A DNA stretch of 64,000 bases from Camelus dromedarius (taxonomy: Eukaryota): contig NC_087447.1 of assembly GCF_036321535.1 (NCBI RefSeq), forward strand, positions 12,772,001-12,836,000, read 5' to 3'. The notes beneath the pieces were generated by a model. That model searched no databases, had not been told where the DNA came from, and saw only the letters and a program-made list of their open reading frames with translations. The translations under genes and the position numbers were made by a program. Below, piece after piece: positions 40,469-53,162 of this stretch; the first letter of the stretch is position 1, and each line of letters opens with the position of its first letter.

Positions 40469-41440
40469 TTAGCATATCCTACAGTGAATTTTAAGTAGAA
40501 TAATTGCACACATTCTCCAGGTTCTAAGTAAGGCATTTTTCACCTCTTTGTTCCTCAAACTGTAGATCATGGGATTTAGCATGGGTATTACTAAAGTATA
40601 AAATAAAGAGGCCATCTTATCAGTATCAAATGAATCACTGGATTTGGGCATCACATACATAAAGAATAGAGTACCATAGAATATGACTATCACTGTCAGG
40701 TGAGACCCACAGGTGGAGATAGACTTGAACCTGCCTTCTGCAGAGTTCATCTTGAGGATGGCTACCAGGATCAAAGTATAGGACACAAGGACTATCAGAA
40801 GAGATGAAACCAAATTAAAAGCTGAAAAGATCAGAATTATCAACTTAATCTCCAGTGTATCTGAGCAGAGCAAAGAGATCAGTGGCTGAGTGTCGCAGTA
40901 GAAGTGCCTAATGACATTATAACCACAAAATGATGAAGTAAGACTTTTTATGATTGTCAGCAAAGACAAAAAGACACTGTAGAGATAGAGGATTGCCACG
41001 AGTGCCTGACATAATCTTTGGGACATGATGACTGGGTAGAGCAGGGGGTTACAGATGGCCACATAGCAGTCATAGGCCATTGCAGACAGAATGAAAAGTT
41101 CACTGATGATAAACACACCGAAGACAGTCACCTGGGCAGCACACCAGCTATAAGAGATTGCATGGTCATCTACAGCCAAGTCGACTAGCAATTTGGGTCC
41201 CACAGCTGTTGAATAACCAAGATCAGTGAAAGCCAGGTATCTAAGGAAAAAGTACATGGGTGTTTGCAGCCTGGAGTCCACCTTGGTGAGGATGATCAAG
41301 CCCAGATTACCCACCACTGAGACCATGTATACAATGAGGAAGAGTCCAAATAATGGAGCCTGCAGCTCAGGGAGGTCCGTGATTCCTATTAGGATGAATT
41401 CATTCAACACTGTCAGATTGCGTTTGTGCATCCAGGCCAT
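40469..41440 (-). CDS. OR8K-family olfactory receptor (copy 5), 323-aa open frame, probably functionally compromised
   Basis: 7TM ORF, but MAYDCY replaces MAYDRY, KSISTC replaces KAFSTC, and a 1-bp deletion near 40515 extends the C-terminus. Confidence 0.8.
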   Translation of the reverse strand: MAWMHKRNLTVLNEFILIGITDLPELQAPLFGLFLIVYMVSVVGNLGLIILTKVDSRLQTPMYFFLRYLAFTDLGYSTAVGPKLLVDLAVDDHAISYSWCAAQVTVFGVFIISELFILSAMAYDCYVAICNPLLYPVIMSQRLCQALVAILYLYSVFLSLLTIIKSLTSSFCGYNVIRHFYCDTQPLISLLCSDTLEIKLIILIFSAFNLVSSLLIVLVSYTLILVAILKMNSAEGRFKSISTCGSHLTVIVIFYGTLFFMYVMPKSSDSFDTDKMASLFYTLVIPMLNPMIYSLRNKEVKNALLRTWRMCAIILLKIHCRIC

Positions 41441-41624
41441 TTGGGAAACATATACTGGAAATGAATATAAAAATAATTGTTAACTTTCATGAGATATATC
41501 TGAGATTATCATTGTAATAATTGATTTAAGTCTTACATCTTTTATTTATGGCTTGATGATTTAATTGGCTAGCCCAACACATGGCAGCTTATTCGCTCTC
41601 TCTCGCAGCTCAGCTAAGCTGTTG

Positions 41625-42620
41625 ACAAGTTTCTTAGATATGACACCAAAAGCACAAACAGCAAAAGTGAACATAGATACACTGGACTTAATCAACATTA
41701 AAACAAAACAAAACAAAACTTTGTGCAGCAAAGGAGATTCTCAAAGAATTAAAAATGTGATTCACACAATAGAAAAAGATTGCAAATCATATATTTGATG
41801 AGGATCTAGTACACAGAGTATAGAAAGGACTTCTATAACTCAACAACAAAAAGACTTAACGACCCAAATTTGAAAACAGGCAAAGACCTTAANNNNNNNN
41901 NNNNNNNNNNNNNNNNNNNNNNNNNNNNNNNNNNNNNNNNNNNNNNNNNNNNNNNNNNNNNNNNNNNNNNNNNNNNNNNNNNNNNNNNNNNNNNNNNNNN
42001 NNNNNNNNNNNNNNNNNNNNNATGACTATTTAAAAAGAAAAAATTAGAATTGCAAATGCTGACAAGGGTGTGGAGAGATCAGAACCTTTATCCATCGTTT
42101 TGGGGGAATGTAAAATAGTGTAGCCACTATGAAAATAATTTGGCAGTCACTCTATGAATTAACCATAGATTTGCCATTGTGACCCAGCAATTCCACTCCT
42201 AGATATGTGCCTCAAAGTTCTGACAACCACAGACGCTCCTACAAAATCATGTACATAAACGTTCATTGCAACATTTTTCATAATAGTCAAATAGTCAAAA
42301 AAGTCAACATTTTTCATAATAGTCAAAAATAGTCAAAGTAGTCAAAAGTCATAATAGTCAATAGAAGCCACATAGGTGTCCATCTAGTAATGAATAAGTG
42401 TGATGCATCCATACAATGGAATATTAATAAACCATAAACAGGAAGAGATACTGATACATGCTGCACCATCCATGAGCCTTTGAAGCGCTGTGCTAAGTGA
42501 AGGAAGCCAAGTATAAACAGCTACATGTTGTACATATTGCACGTATCCATCCCATGTAATACCCAGAACAGACAAATCCACAGAGACAGAAAGCAGGTTA
42601 TTGTGGCTTGTTCAGGAACA
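41625..42620 (+). mobile_element. L1 ORF2 3' end / 3'UTR fragment spanning the assembly gap
   Basis: TTCTTAGATATGACACCAAAAGCAC; GACCCAGCAATTCCACTCCTAGATAT; ATGCTAAGTGAAGGAAGCCA. Confidence 0.8.
41893..42020. other. Assembly gap (128 N)
   Basis: Run of N. Confidence 1.
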
Positions 42621-43711
42621 CTGAATTAATTATCAAGAGACAATCCATTTGGGGACCAATTTCAGTGGATATAAAATTATATATATTTTTATGTACGAAT
42701 CTCAACTGGCTGAATAAATGAGGTTATGAAGTGTGTCCTTTTCTAAATCCATGCTAATAAGTACCAGTCTCCTTGTATGTGAGAAAAGTTTTGAGATATT
42801 TTTCTCACCATCCTTGGAGTTCTATGTAAAGCACTAAATGAAAAAAAATTCTACTTATATTATTTTACATGATTAGTGAAGATGATCTGGTTCTGAGCTT
42901 TTAAATCTTTTCTTTTTCTCTCAAGATTCTTGAAACATGTACAAAATACAACAGGCAAGGCTTAGCATTGGACCATCACTATAAAACTACGCTGAGGAGA
43001 GAGATTAGAGAGGTTAAATCATTTCCATCCCTGCCCCGTGCACCAAATACACATTCAACACTAAAATAAGTGACAGTAAATGTATTCTACAATGAGAGAT
43101 CAAAAATATATATCTAAATTGATATATTTAAACACCAAAGTAATTTTTGAGAAGGAATAAAGGGAGTTTTACTAGGAGCTACTAAAAAAAGAATGGTAAA
43201 GACAGTGTAATTTTAGGCAAAATATACATTCCTTTTTTATAATTTTACAAGGACTGTTTTTTGCTTAAATCTGTGTTTGTATAGATTTTAATCTTAGTTC
43301 CAATCTCCTTTAGATGTGCATTTTAGTCATTCAAGGGACAATATAATGGCATTTCAAATACTTGTAGGTGGGAGAGAGGAGCAGTCGTACTAATCAGACA
43401 TTATGGTGTGATGGAGTCACCATGTAGTGAAATAGATGCTTTAATATTTTACTTTGGCCTTCCCTTCAACAACAACAAAACTAGTAACTTTCAAATGACA
43501 TTGATCCTTTCAATGATATTGGTAAATATGGGAAACACATGGCATATCTGAAATGCTGAAACAAATGCCACTAACTAAAAATGACAATATCATATTTGAC
43601 CTCTTGATTAAGGATCCAAGTGAAAAAAATAATTATAAAAATCTCAAGGTCTTGTTAGTTTCTTAACAATACTAAGTTCCTTTTTAGAGATATTTCTTGA
43701 CCAAAGAGTAC

Positions 43712-43870
43712 AAACTTACCACATCAAAGTAAATGCCTAGCTTCCATCAAAAATCATAATAAAGATGTTTACAACATGGTACTGGCCCAGAGAAAAATAT
43801 ATGGGTTTCTTTGCTCCTTTGAGACTCTCCCAGGGGAGAAAAGATATAATTTGTTAATTACACCTGAAGC
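43712..43870 (-). promoter_or_regulatory. Promoter / first non-coding exon of OR copy 5
   Basis: Perfect O/E consensus TCCCAGGGGA 43828-43837 in the shared CCTTTGAGACTCTCCC context; donor TG|GTAAGT at 43714-43719. Confidence 0.6.
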
Positions 43871-44274
43871 ATTTTAAGTTTTAAACAAGGCCAATGGGAT
43901 ATCTGGAAATTATACAGAGTATATTTATATTCCTATACAAATAAAATTTTGTTAGATAACTTCCCACAGTTTCTCTTAGGTTAAGTCTTTTCTACTGCAG
44001 CTCAGAGATCTGGAATCAAACCACTGTGTCTGTAAGACAGGTATTTTAGTTTCTCTTGCAGTCTTTCATTTTCTCCTCTTAATGCAATGGATTTGATGAC
44101 TTTACGGCTGATGACATGATGGAGAAATATTTGAACAATTCTTGTATTGTTTTAAAAATTCACACGGGGAAATAATACATATGCTTAGCTGCTTCCCCCT
44201 TATTTGTGGTGTTTTAAACTTATTACTGAAGTGTAATATACATATTAACAAAAGCATACTTCATAAATAACTTT

Positions 44275-44705
44275 TTAAAATAGAACTACCATATGATCCA
44301 GCAATTCCACTCCTAGGTATATATCTGAAAAAATGAAAACACTAATTTGAAAAGATACATGCATTCTGATTTTCATAACAGTATTATGGAATAGCCAAGA
44401 TGGAAGCAACTTGCATTTCCATCCACATATGAATGGATAAAAATGGGTATGTGTGTGTATATATATGTGTGTGTGCGTATACACACACACACACACACAC
44501 AGACACACACACACACACACACAGTGGAATAATACTTAGCCATTAAAAATGAAAAATTTCCATTTGCATCAAGTCCATGGATGGACTTGGGGGGTATTAT
44601 GCTAAGTGAAATAAGTCAGACAGAGAAAGACAAATATTTTATGGTATCATTTATATGTAGAATCTAAAAAAAAAAAAAAACAAACTAGTGAATAAAACAG
44701 AAATG
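44275..44705 (+). mobile_element. L1 3' end fragment with (TG)n/(CA)n
   Basis: AAATAGAACTACCATATGATCCAGCAATTCCACTCCTAGGTATATATC; ATGGATGGACTTGG...TATGCTAAGTGAAATAAGTCAGACAGAGAAAGACAAATA. Confidence 0.85.
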
Positions 44706-44749
44706 AAGCACTCAAAGATAAAATACAAAACAAAAAACCCCCCAAAAAA

Positions 44750-46400
44750 CAGCTACTCCTATATCCCTTTTATCAACACCAATATTCAGTCTAGATTGGC
44801 TTAGTCTTAAATGTATTTCTGTTTGGGTGCATTACTTACATTGAAATTGCTGAGTCATGGGATACTCATTCAGAGCAGCAAATACTGCCAAATGTATTTC
44901 CAGAGTAGTTATATCAAAGTGCATTCCTACTAGCAGTGAAAATTGTTGTGATCGCTCAGCATCCTTGTCAAGATTTGATGTTTTCCATTATTTTGTTTCT
45001 AGCCCTTCGGGATGAAGGGTACGGGTGTCACTGCGGTTTAAGTTTGTGTTATCCTATGCTGAATGAAATTAAAAACGTGTTCACAAGTTTAATCATTTAG
45101 ATATTTTCTTTTGAGAAGTGCTTGTTCATGTCCTGTGTCATCTTTTTGTAGTATTTCATGTCAAGTATTTATTGATTTGTGAGAGTTTTTCTTATATTTT
45201 ACATATGGGCCCTCTGTGAGATACACATGTTTGATTATGTACATCTAATAAAAATATCTTCTCCCAATGAGAGTTTCCCTTCCCACATTATTAATTTTGA
45301 TGAATAGAATTTCTTAAAACAGTTCAACTAAATTTTTTAAAATTTTATATAGTTATTGCTTTGTGTGTTTTGTTTTAAAATTTGTACATATTCCAATATC
45401 ACAAAGATTTCTCACTATGTTTTCCTCTAAAATGTTTATTGTTTACCTTTCACATTTAGATCTTTAATCTAGGCAGAACTGACTCTATAGGGTTTGGCTA
45501 GGTGCTCAGATTCTTTTATTTTTTTCTCAAAATAAATATTCAAATTACCTAATAGTATTTATTGGAAAGATAATTCCTTCTCTTTTGGAAAATAGTGATG
45601 CCTCTGTTTTAAGTCAGGTAACAATAGGTGTGTTGATCTGTCTCTGGAATCATTTCATTGCTCTGTCTGTCCTCAGGAAAATGTTTCTTTAATTATTAAA
45701 GCTTTATAACAGGCCATGGTATCTGGTCATGTAGCTTCTGCAAATTTATTCTCTTTCTTCAAGATTATCTTTGCTATTTTTGGTGTTTTGCCTTTCTGAA
45801 TAAACTTTACAATAAGCTTCCGAGGTTCTAAAAAGAAGAAAAAAGAAGGGAAGGAGGGAAGGAGGGAAGGAAGGAAGGAAGGGAGGAAGGAAAAGAGGGA
45901 AAAAAGGAAAGGAAGGTGGGGCAAGAGGGGGGGAAGGATTTATGTTGGGATTATATTGAACCTATAAATCAATCTAAAGATAATAGACTTTGTTACAATA
46001 ATAAGTCCTCCATTCCATGGACAAATGTGTTATCAGTTAAATTTTTTATACCTACTATTGCTGAGGGATTAAATATTTTTTGTAAAATTCATCCCTAAAT
46101 TAGGTTTCATCTTTTATGGTTTTGTCATTATTTTTATTTCCTGCAATTTTATTTTCTAATTTGTAGTTGGTAGGATATATGAAGTTGATTTTTCTAAATT
46201 TATTTTGTATCCAGTAACTTTGCTAAATTCACTTATCATTTTTAATAAATTATGCATTGTTTTTTCACTATATAGTTAACCATAACATATACCAAATTTA
46301 GAAAAAATGGCAGTATGTGATTTTCTGTTTTCATATTTCATTTTTTTCTTTATCATCATAAACCAACTACTATGTTCAATGCATACTAAATATTAATGGT
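44750..46400 (-). mobile_element. Old L1 fragments with a (GGAA)n tract at about 45835-45935
   Basis: Antisense L1 ORF2/3' text (TTCTTCAAGATTATCTTTGCTATTTTTGG; TTGTATCCAGTAACTTTGCTAAATTCAC). Confidence 0.65.
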
Positions 46401-48229
46401 GAGACTCAGTATCCTGATCCTGGGACCAATTTCAGGACACAATTTCAGGATCTGAGGGGTCTGCATGTACCCTGGTTACTCTGAGAAGGGCAGAGGGTAG
46501 GGGATTGGAATTTGTTGTCCATACTTGATCCTATTCTTGGCAGGGAGAGGGAAAAAGGCCCAGTGGCTTCATTAGTGTTTTAAACCTTCAGAGTAAAAGA
46601 TGTCCTGTTGGGAGAGAGGGTTGTCCCTGGGTGTGGATGAACAAATGTCCCCTGCAGGACTTGGTCCCCCAACCTTAGGTCACCCAGAGAAGATTATGGG
46701 TTTCCTGGGGGGGTCTCTGGACATATTTCCTCAGAGATCAAATCTGAATGATTAGAAGCAGGGCCCTCCTCTCCCACTAGCCAGGGCCAGGTCCTGGGAT
46801 GTGAAACTGACACTGGCCAGTGGAAGGTTTTACTGCTTAAGTAACTGCTTTGGTCATAGAACGGGGTGGGAGCATTTCTATGAGAAAATTCTTATTGTCC
46901 CTCAAGCTTAGCTTCTGGGAAGGATTCAACTGTTTCTCTCCACTTAGCATAGAGTAGACACTAGGATTGAATTTTTGCTAGGTCATGTGTGTTAAAGGAG
47001 GACCATTTTTTGGACTTAAATCTGGATTCAAATTTCACTACATAGCCTCATGATACAAGGTATAATCACTGTTTAATCTCTTACATGCCCTCTGCGAATA
47101 TGTGCCCTGGCAGATGGTTGTGAGCTTCAAATGACATAAAGCATAGAAACTTCTGCCATGTAGAGATGCTTAAAAAAATTGTGCATCTTATAATTATATT
47201 ATTATAAAAATGGAACCAGGTGGACCATTTCAGGAACAAAGAGTATACAGATTTTCTTTTATTTTAAAATTAAAAAAAGGGAATTTTGTTATTGCATTAA
47301 ATATATAAGAAAATTTAGGGAGATCTGACTTCATCACATTTATTTCCTCCAGCCAATGGGCATAGTATATTGCTGCATTTGTGTCTTCTTTAATAACTCA
47401 ATAATGTTTCCATAATTCCTAGCAATAATGTCACACAAATCATTCATTAGATTTTGCTTTGAATACTTTACAGATTTTTTTTCTAGTGTGATGAATTGTT
47501 TAAAATTTTGTTTTTACCTGTTTCATCTAGTATATAGAAACATAATGAACTTGTGGTATGCTGAACTTGTATCCACCAATCTTGAAAAATTCACCTTTAT
47601 TTCTAATGTTTTAGCTTGAAAATTCTTTTGGATTTTTAATTAACACAATTATGCTACTTGAAAATAGTTACACTTTTATTTTTGCTTCCCTGAGCATATG
47701 CATGTTTACATACCGTAATTTAACAGAAATCTGAGGTACCTGCAGCTACAAAGGAGATAGAGTTAGAGCATCATGAAGGCCGATATTTTTGATGCATTTT
47801 TCATTGCTGTATACATGCCCAGCACACAAAACAGTCACTGTTGTCTTCCATGTGTCAGTATGCCAGTATGACGGGCACTAGTTTTTAAATACTGTGTGAC
47901 ACACACACACATGAAATATTTTATTAAAAGACGCAAGCATACCTTTGAAAACAAGATTATTTAATGGTAGATGCAGTAAAAAAGACTTCCCTTCAATTGC
48001 AACATAAATATTTGGCAACGTGAGAACAGTGATCTGGACTTCAGTCTCTTGCTCTGAAAGTTGAGGACAAATCAAAGTTGATCAGTACTTGAATATCTGT
48101 AAGTTGAAAATGAGAAATATGTTTCTAGTTTGCATTCCTTTCACCCATTACTGCTTTCTCACAGTTCATCACATGTAATAAACAGTTGTCTACAGTCTAA
48201 TTTGTTTTATATGCATTCTCTATTGAACT

Positions 48230-49180
48230 TTAAATAGGGAATTTGCACAGATTCTTCCACATCCTATGCAGGGCACCTTTGACCTCTCTGTTTCTCAAAC
48301 TGTAGATCATAGGATTCAGCATGGGAATTACCAAAGTGAAAAACACAGAGGCTATTTTATCAGAATTGAAGGAGTGACTGGACTTGGGCTGCATGTACAT
48401 GAAGGAGAGAGTCGCATATAACACAACTACCACTGTCAGGTGAGACCCGCAGGTGGAGAAGGCTTTGAGCCTGCCTTCTGCGGAGTTCATCCTGAGGATG
48501 GCCTTAAAGATCAGTATGTAGGACACAAGGACAATCAGAAGAGATGAAACCAAATTAAACACTGAACAGATCAGTATGAACAACTCAATTTCCCGGGTGC
48601 TTGAGCACAGCAAACTTAACAAGGGAAGACTGTCACAGTAGAAGTGACTAACGACATTATAGCCACAGAATGATGAAGTAAATATCTTTATGGTGGTTAT
48701 CAGAGACACAAAGGCACTGTAAAGGTAGGGGACTCCTACCAGCACCCAGCACACGCTTTGGGACATAACTGCACTGTAGAGCAGAGGGTTACAGATGGCC
48801 ACAGAGCGGTCATAGGCCATTGCCGACAGGACGAAAAGCTCACTGATGATGAACAAGATGAAGAAAGCCAGCTGTGTGGCACACCGATTATAGGGGATTG
48901 TGTTTTGATCACTAATAAAATTTACCAACATTTTAGGCCCCACAGTTGTTGAATAACCAAAATCAATGAAAGCCAGGTGTCTGAGGAAGAAGTACATGGG
49001 TGTCTGCAGCCTGGAGTCCACCTTGGTGAGGATGACCATGCCCAAGTTGCCCACCACTGAGATCACGTAGATGACGAGGAAGAGCCCAAATAACGGAGCC
49101 TGCAGCTCAGGGCGGTCTGTGAGTCCCAAGAGAATGAATTCTTTCAGCACCGTGTGATTGTGTCTGTCCATCCAGGCCAT
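48230..49180 (-). CDS. OR8K-family olfactory receptor (copy 6), 316 aa, mosaic
   Basis: Intact 7TM ORF, MAYDRS variant, [25 protein letters not shown]; acceptor TTCTTCCCACAG near 49193. Confidence 0.9.
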   Translation of the reverse strand: MAWMDRHNHTVLKEFILLGLTDRPELQAPLFGLFLVIYVISVVGNLGMVILTKVDSRLQTPMYFFLRHLAFIDFGYSTTVGPKMLVNFISDQNTIPYNRCATQLAFFILFIISELFVLSAMAYDRSVAICNPLLYSAVMSQSVCWVLVGVPYLYSAFVSLITTIKIFTSSFCGYNVVSHFYCDSLPLLSLLCSSTREIELFILICSVFNLVSSLLIVLVSYILIFKAILRMNSAEGRLKAFSTCGSHLTVVVVLYATLSFMYMQPKSSHSFNSDKIASVFFTLVIPMLNPMIYSLRNREVKGALHRMWKNLCKFPI

Positions 49181-50324
49181 GGAGGAAATTAACTGTGGGA
49201 AGAACCATCAGAAGGGACACTGGGTATCAGAAGACATCATCTGTGAAGAGTTTAGTGTTCATAGTCATTCTGTGTAAGATAGATCCCATTATTTTAGACG
49301 GAGTGATTTAAAACAAGACTCACCTCCCTCATTGAACCTGGAACCAAATTTAGAGACGGTTACAACCTAAGGTATACAGCAGCCATCTTATTTTTGTGTG
49401 TCATGCACTGGTTCTCACCTCAAGGTACATACATTTCCTTTACAGCTCTGTCAACAACATATCCTTAGAGAGGTTTGATCAGAGTGGGAATTCTTATATT
49501 TTTTCAAAAAAATTTTTTTTTCATTTAAAACACAAGATTGGTTACAATGTATCAATTTTAGAAAGAATTATAATGAAAAGTAATAACCCTCTGCTTCCTG
49601 ACCTTACAATTTAGCCCCAGTCTCCAAAAATTGTTATTAAATTCATTTAATAGACTTTGATTTACTTCTCCTCATTATAACTCCACATAGACAAATGGTA
49701 TTTTCATTGCACTATCCATTTGATGTTTTAAATTGTACTCTCATTCAACCATGCTTTCATGAGTTTTAAATATTGTTTAGTGATGTTTATACTGATAGAA
49801 AATAATGTAGCAAATTTTCAGTAGTCCCCAATATGCCCACTCTACTGCACATAAATAACTTTTATTTCTTTAAGAAATGTGTATCTGAAACTTCAGCAAA
49901 TGTATGCCGATTTTTGAAGTTTCTGAGTTTTTCCTATATTGCATACCAAGTAAACCCTGCATCTATAATTTATTCAATCTGGGAAAGAACAACGGATAAG
50001 TACGCCCACATTTGCTTTGACCTTAGCCCAATATCTCTGAAATGATGGATTTAATATTGTAGTTGTTATATTTTTCTAACACAATTTAAGACAAGTAAAA
50101 ATTAAAACCATCTAGTAAACTACTATGGATATACTTATCCAACAGAAAGAAACATCTCTGTGAAGTAGAGAATGCTCTCTCAAATGCCTCAGGGGCTGGC
50201 AAAGGATATCACATTGCGTGAAGGATAAGGATGAAAAATAAAGACAGGCGTACGGAATAAGAGGAACTAGGTATTGCGTGATTCATTTGAAGTAATTTAA
50301 TTTTGTTTAAATTTACATGGACAG

Positions 50325-50485
50325 GACAAGATTATACTGTATAGCACAGGGAAATATATACAAGATCTTGTGGTAGCTTACAGTGAAAAAAAATGTGACA
50401 ATAAATATATGTATGTTCATGTATAATGGAATTTGACACAACATTGTAAAATGACTATAACTCAATAAAAAATGTTAAAAAAGGA
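50325..50485 (+). mobile_element. Short 5'-truncated L1 3' tail (camelid-type by recall)
   Basis: TATACTGTATAGCACAGGGAAATATATACAAGATCTTGTGGTAGC...ACAACATTGTAAAATGACTATAACTCAATAAAAAATGTTAAAAAA. Confidence 0.75.
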
Positions 50486-52159
50486 AATCATACTGTTTAA
50501 ATAAAAACAATAAAATTAAGAATAAAAGGGGAATTTCATAACTGATAAAATATTTATAAAAAGTAAACTGAACTACTTGTAAAAGGAGACAAATTAAAAC
50601 TTTATTGAGAAACATGACAAAAGAAATGAATTCAAGATTAATTTGGAAGATTAAATCTGCCTCAGACAAGTTACTTTCACAGACACAAAAAGGAAAAATA
50701 AACATTCACTAGCAGCAACCAAACAAGGAAAATGGCAAAGTCAATGCCTTTAGCTACAAAAAATTACACCCAAAGAAAGCAAGTTTCCCACGGCTTCTTC
50801 AGTGTGGCAAACCTCTTCATCCAAACATTTGCCGTATTTTACAAATCCTTGGAGTTCTTCTGAAACTGAGCTGAGTTGATGTTTTTATCTGATCCTCCCC
50901 TCATCATCCCCACCCAAGCACTAGCTGGAAAGAAACAAGGAGACTGATCAACAAGGCTGACTCTTTTCTGATGGAAGCACACACTTCAGAGTTGCACCAG
51001 GACTTGGGGGATGGATCTGAAGCCCACGGATGTCCTCTCGTGCAAATGCAAACACCCAATCTCAATTAAGCTTTCTAGAAATCTTTGCAAATAGCCTCAA
51101 CTGAGATGCATGGTTGGTCAAACTCAGAATACTGTATTCCCATGCAAAGGAAGGAGAGAAAGAACCAGAAAGAATGAAAGAAAGAAGAATCTTGAATAGC
51201 TCTAACGTACGTCAGGCTCACCAATCTTTCAATTAGCATCCTCAAAAATATGTACATATATTATTTTAAAACTTTTTAAAAAAGACAAACACCCATACTT
51301 CTCTCATCCAACCCAGCTGATAAGGCTACAAGTCCTTCCTTATATATGTTTTCACCCCCTATTGTGTAAAAGACTTTGCATTTTCTCAATAAAGGACCAC
51401 TAACTACAATTAGGTGGCGTTAGTGAAGGATGTAAAATCAATATAAATCTTTTCTAATTGCAACTTTGGAATTTGACCAACTGTGCTGCTTAGCAAGTCC
51501 TAGTTAGAAAACACCAAATTTTTGTAACTTAAGATGCTCAGTGTTATACTCAGTGTCATCCCCTAAACTGCTATTACGTGGCTCGTCATAATCCTTGAAG
51601 ATTTTTTAAAGCTAGATTCTCAAATGCGTGGGTGAAATTCTAAGAGCTGAGTAACTGTTGGTGTTTCATCTGTGCCACATAACGGACCTTTGGAGAGATA
51701 TGGGAAGGTCTCCTGCTCTCCTCTTCCCATCCTTCAAAACACATTTTTTCCTACTCACTTGTGATATGCACAATTCGTAATACAAAAAAGATCAAGAAGA
51801 AAATGTCCCTTAATGCATCTAAGTACATTATGAGCAAGAAAAGGCAGTATCGTGGGCTAGATTATGAAGTGTCTAAGGAGTGGTGAGTTCACCAATGCTA
51901 AGAGTGCAATGCATGCACTAGATTAATGATTCTTCCAAAGACTGATCTCCCTTGACCATTTAATGCCATTGATTTTAGACTCAGTTTTGCGCCCACTGTC
52001 AGTATATAGGCTATACTCCCAAGCCTTTAGCCTCACTATTCATATAAAAATAAATTTATGTAAAGATAGTAGGGCAAAGACATCTCTCATGGTGGTGTGG
52101 TGGAGATATTAGCCCCAGTCAAAAATCTATTTTGTATTATTTTTGGCTTTGCCATCAAC

Positions 52160-52667
52160 TTACAGTTACAAATATCACTGTAGCAGACACATCTGTCTCC
52201 CATCACTTGTCATTTTGAGTCACCCGTGACTTGGCTTGCAGCCATGCTAGATTATTTTCTGGTGTGCTGGTAGCATCCCATCTCAAGGGTTTGACCTCTT
52301 TTCCTGAAGGCAAGGTCTTGCTTAGACCACAGGCTAGGCAGTTTGGGAAGTGCCTGAGATTTAATGTGTTGAGGAGCAGTAACCAACCAATAAGGGACAG
52401 GATTCAATGGATAAATATCCAAGCCTTTCTAATCTTCTTCTGGATAATTCCTAAAAGAGTTCTGAGGGACACTGCAACATATTAAGTGATTGAAACTTAG
52501 TTGAGTACAGCAGTAATTTATTCTTTACTGCACACTTTATTACCCTTCTCAGTCTCACACTCCCTGTTTCTCTCATTTTTGCTTCCTAGAATCATCTATC
52601 AAATTAACATAATATACTCAGCTCCTGACCTCAGAATCTTCTCTTGGGGAAATCTGCAGTCTGACAA
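52160..52667 (+). mobile_element. Old ERVL LTR (LTR16-like)
   Basis: AACCAACCAATAAGGGACAGG...; 3' end CCTGACCTCAGAATCTTCTCTTGGGGAAATCTGCAGTCTGACA. Confidence 0.5.
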
Positions 52668-53162
52668 TTATAGGGTATTAGCAAAAAAAAAAAAAAGCCA
52701 TAAATATCTAGAACACAAATGAAACTCTATGGATGCATGACAATAAGAGATAATGATAACATCCTATTACTGAATAACTGAAAGCCTGAACAGAAACTAT
52801 AATATCTGAGGCATTGACTCTTAGACACAAAAACTCTGACCTGATGATCAGCATCTTTGCTTAGACAACATTCAAGAGTTTTCAGGAAGTGACTACTCCC
52901 CCTTCAGAATGTCTATGATCTAGAATTGCAGTATAAATATAGAAGTAATGACACATAGAAATGAGGTCCCTTATTATCTTCAAAGAACATCAATAATAGT
53001 GGTCAAGAAACCACAGTTATGAAAAGAGTTTATTAATATTCATGGTACAGAGTACTGAGACTGGCATTGGTGACTAAAACTCATATCTATAATTTAAAAT
53101 TGAAGACCAGGGTCAAGAACTGTCACTGGAGCTAATCTAGTAATTAGGATAATCAGTGCCAT

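Noticed and set aside
42280-42365. Nested ATAGTCAA micro-duplications inside an L1
   Set aside because: Local slippage in dead L1 sequence 260 bp from an assembly gap; possibly an artefact
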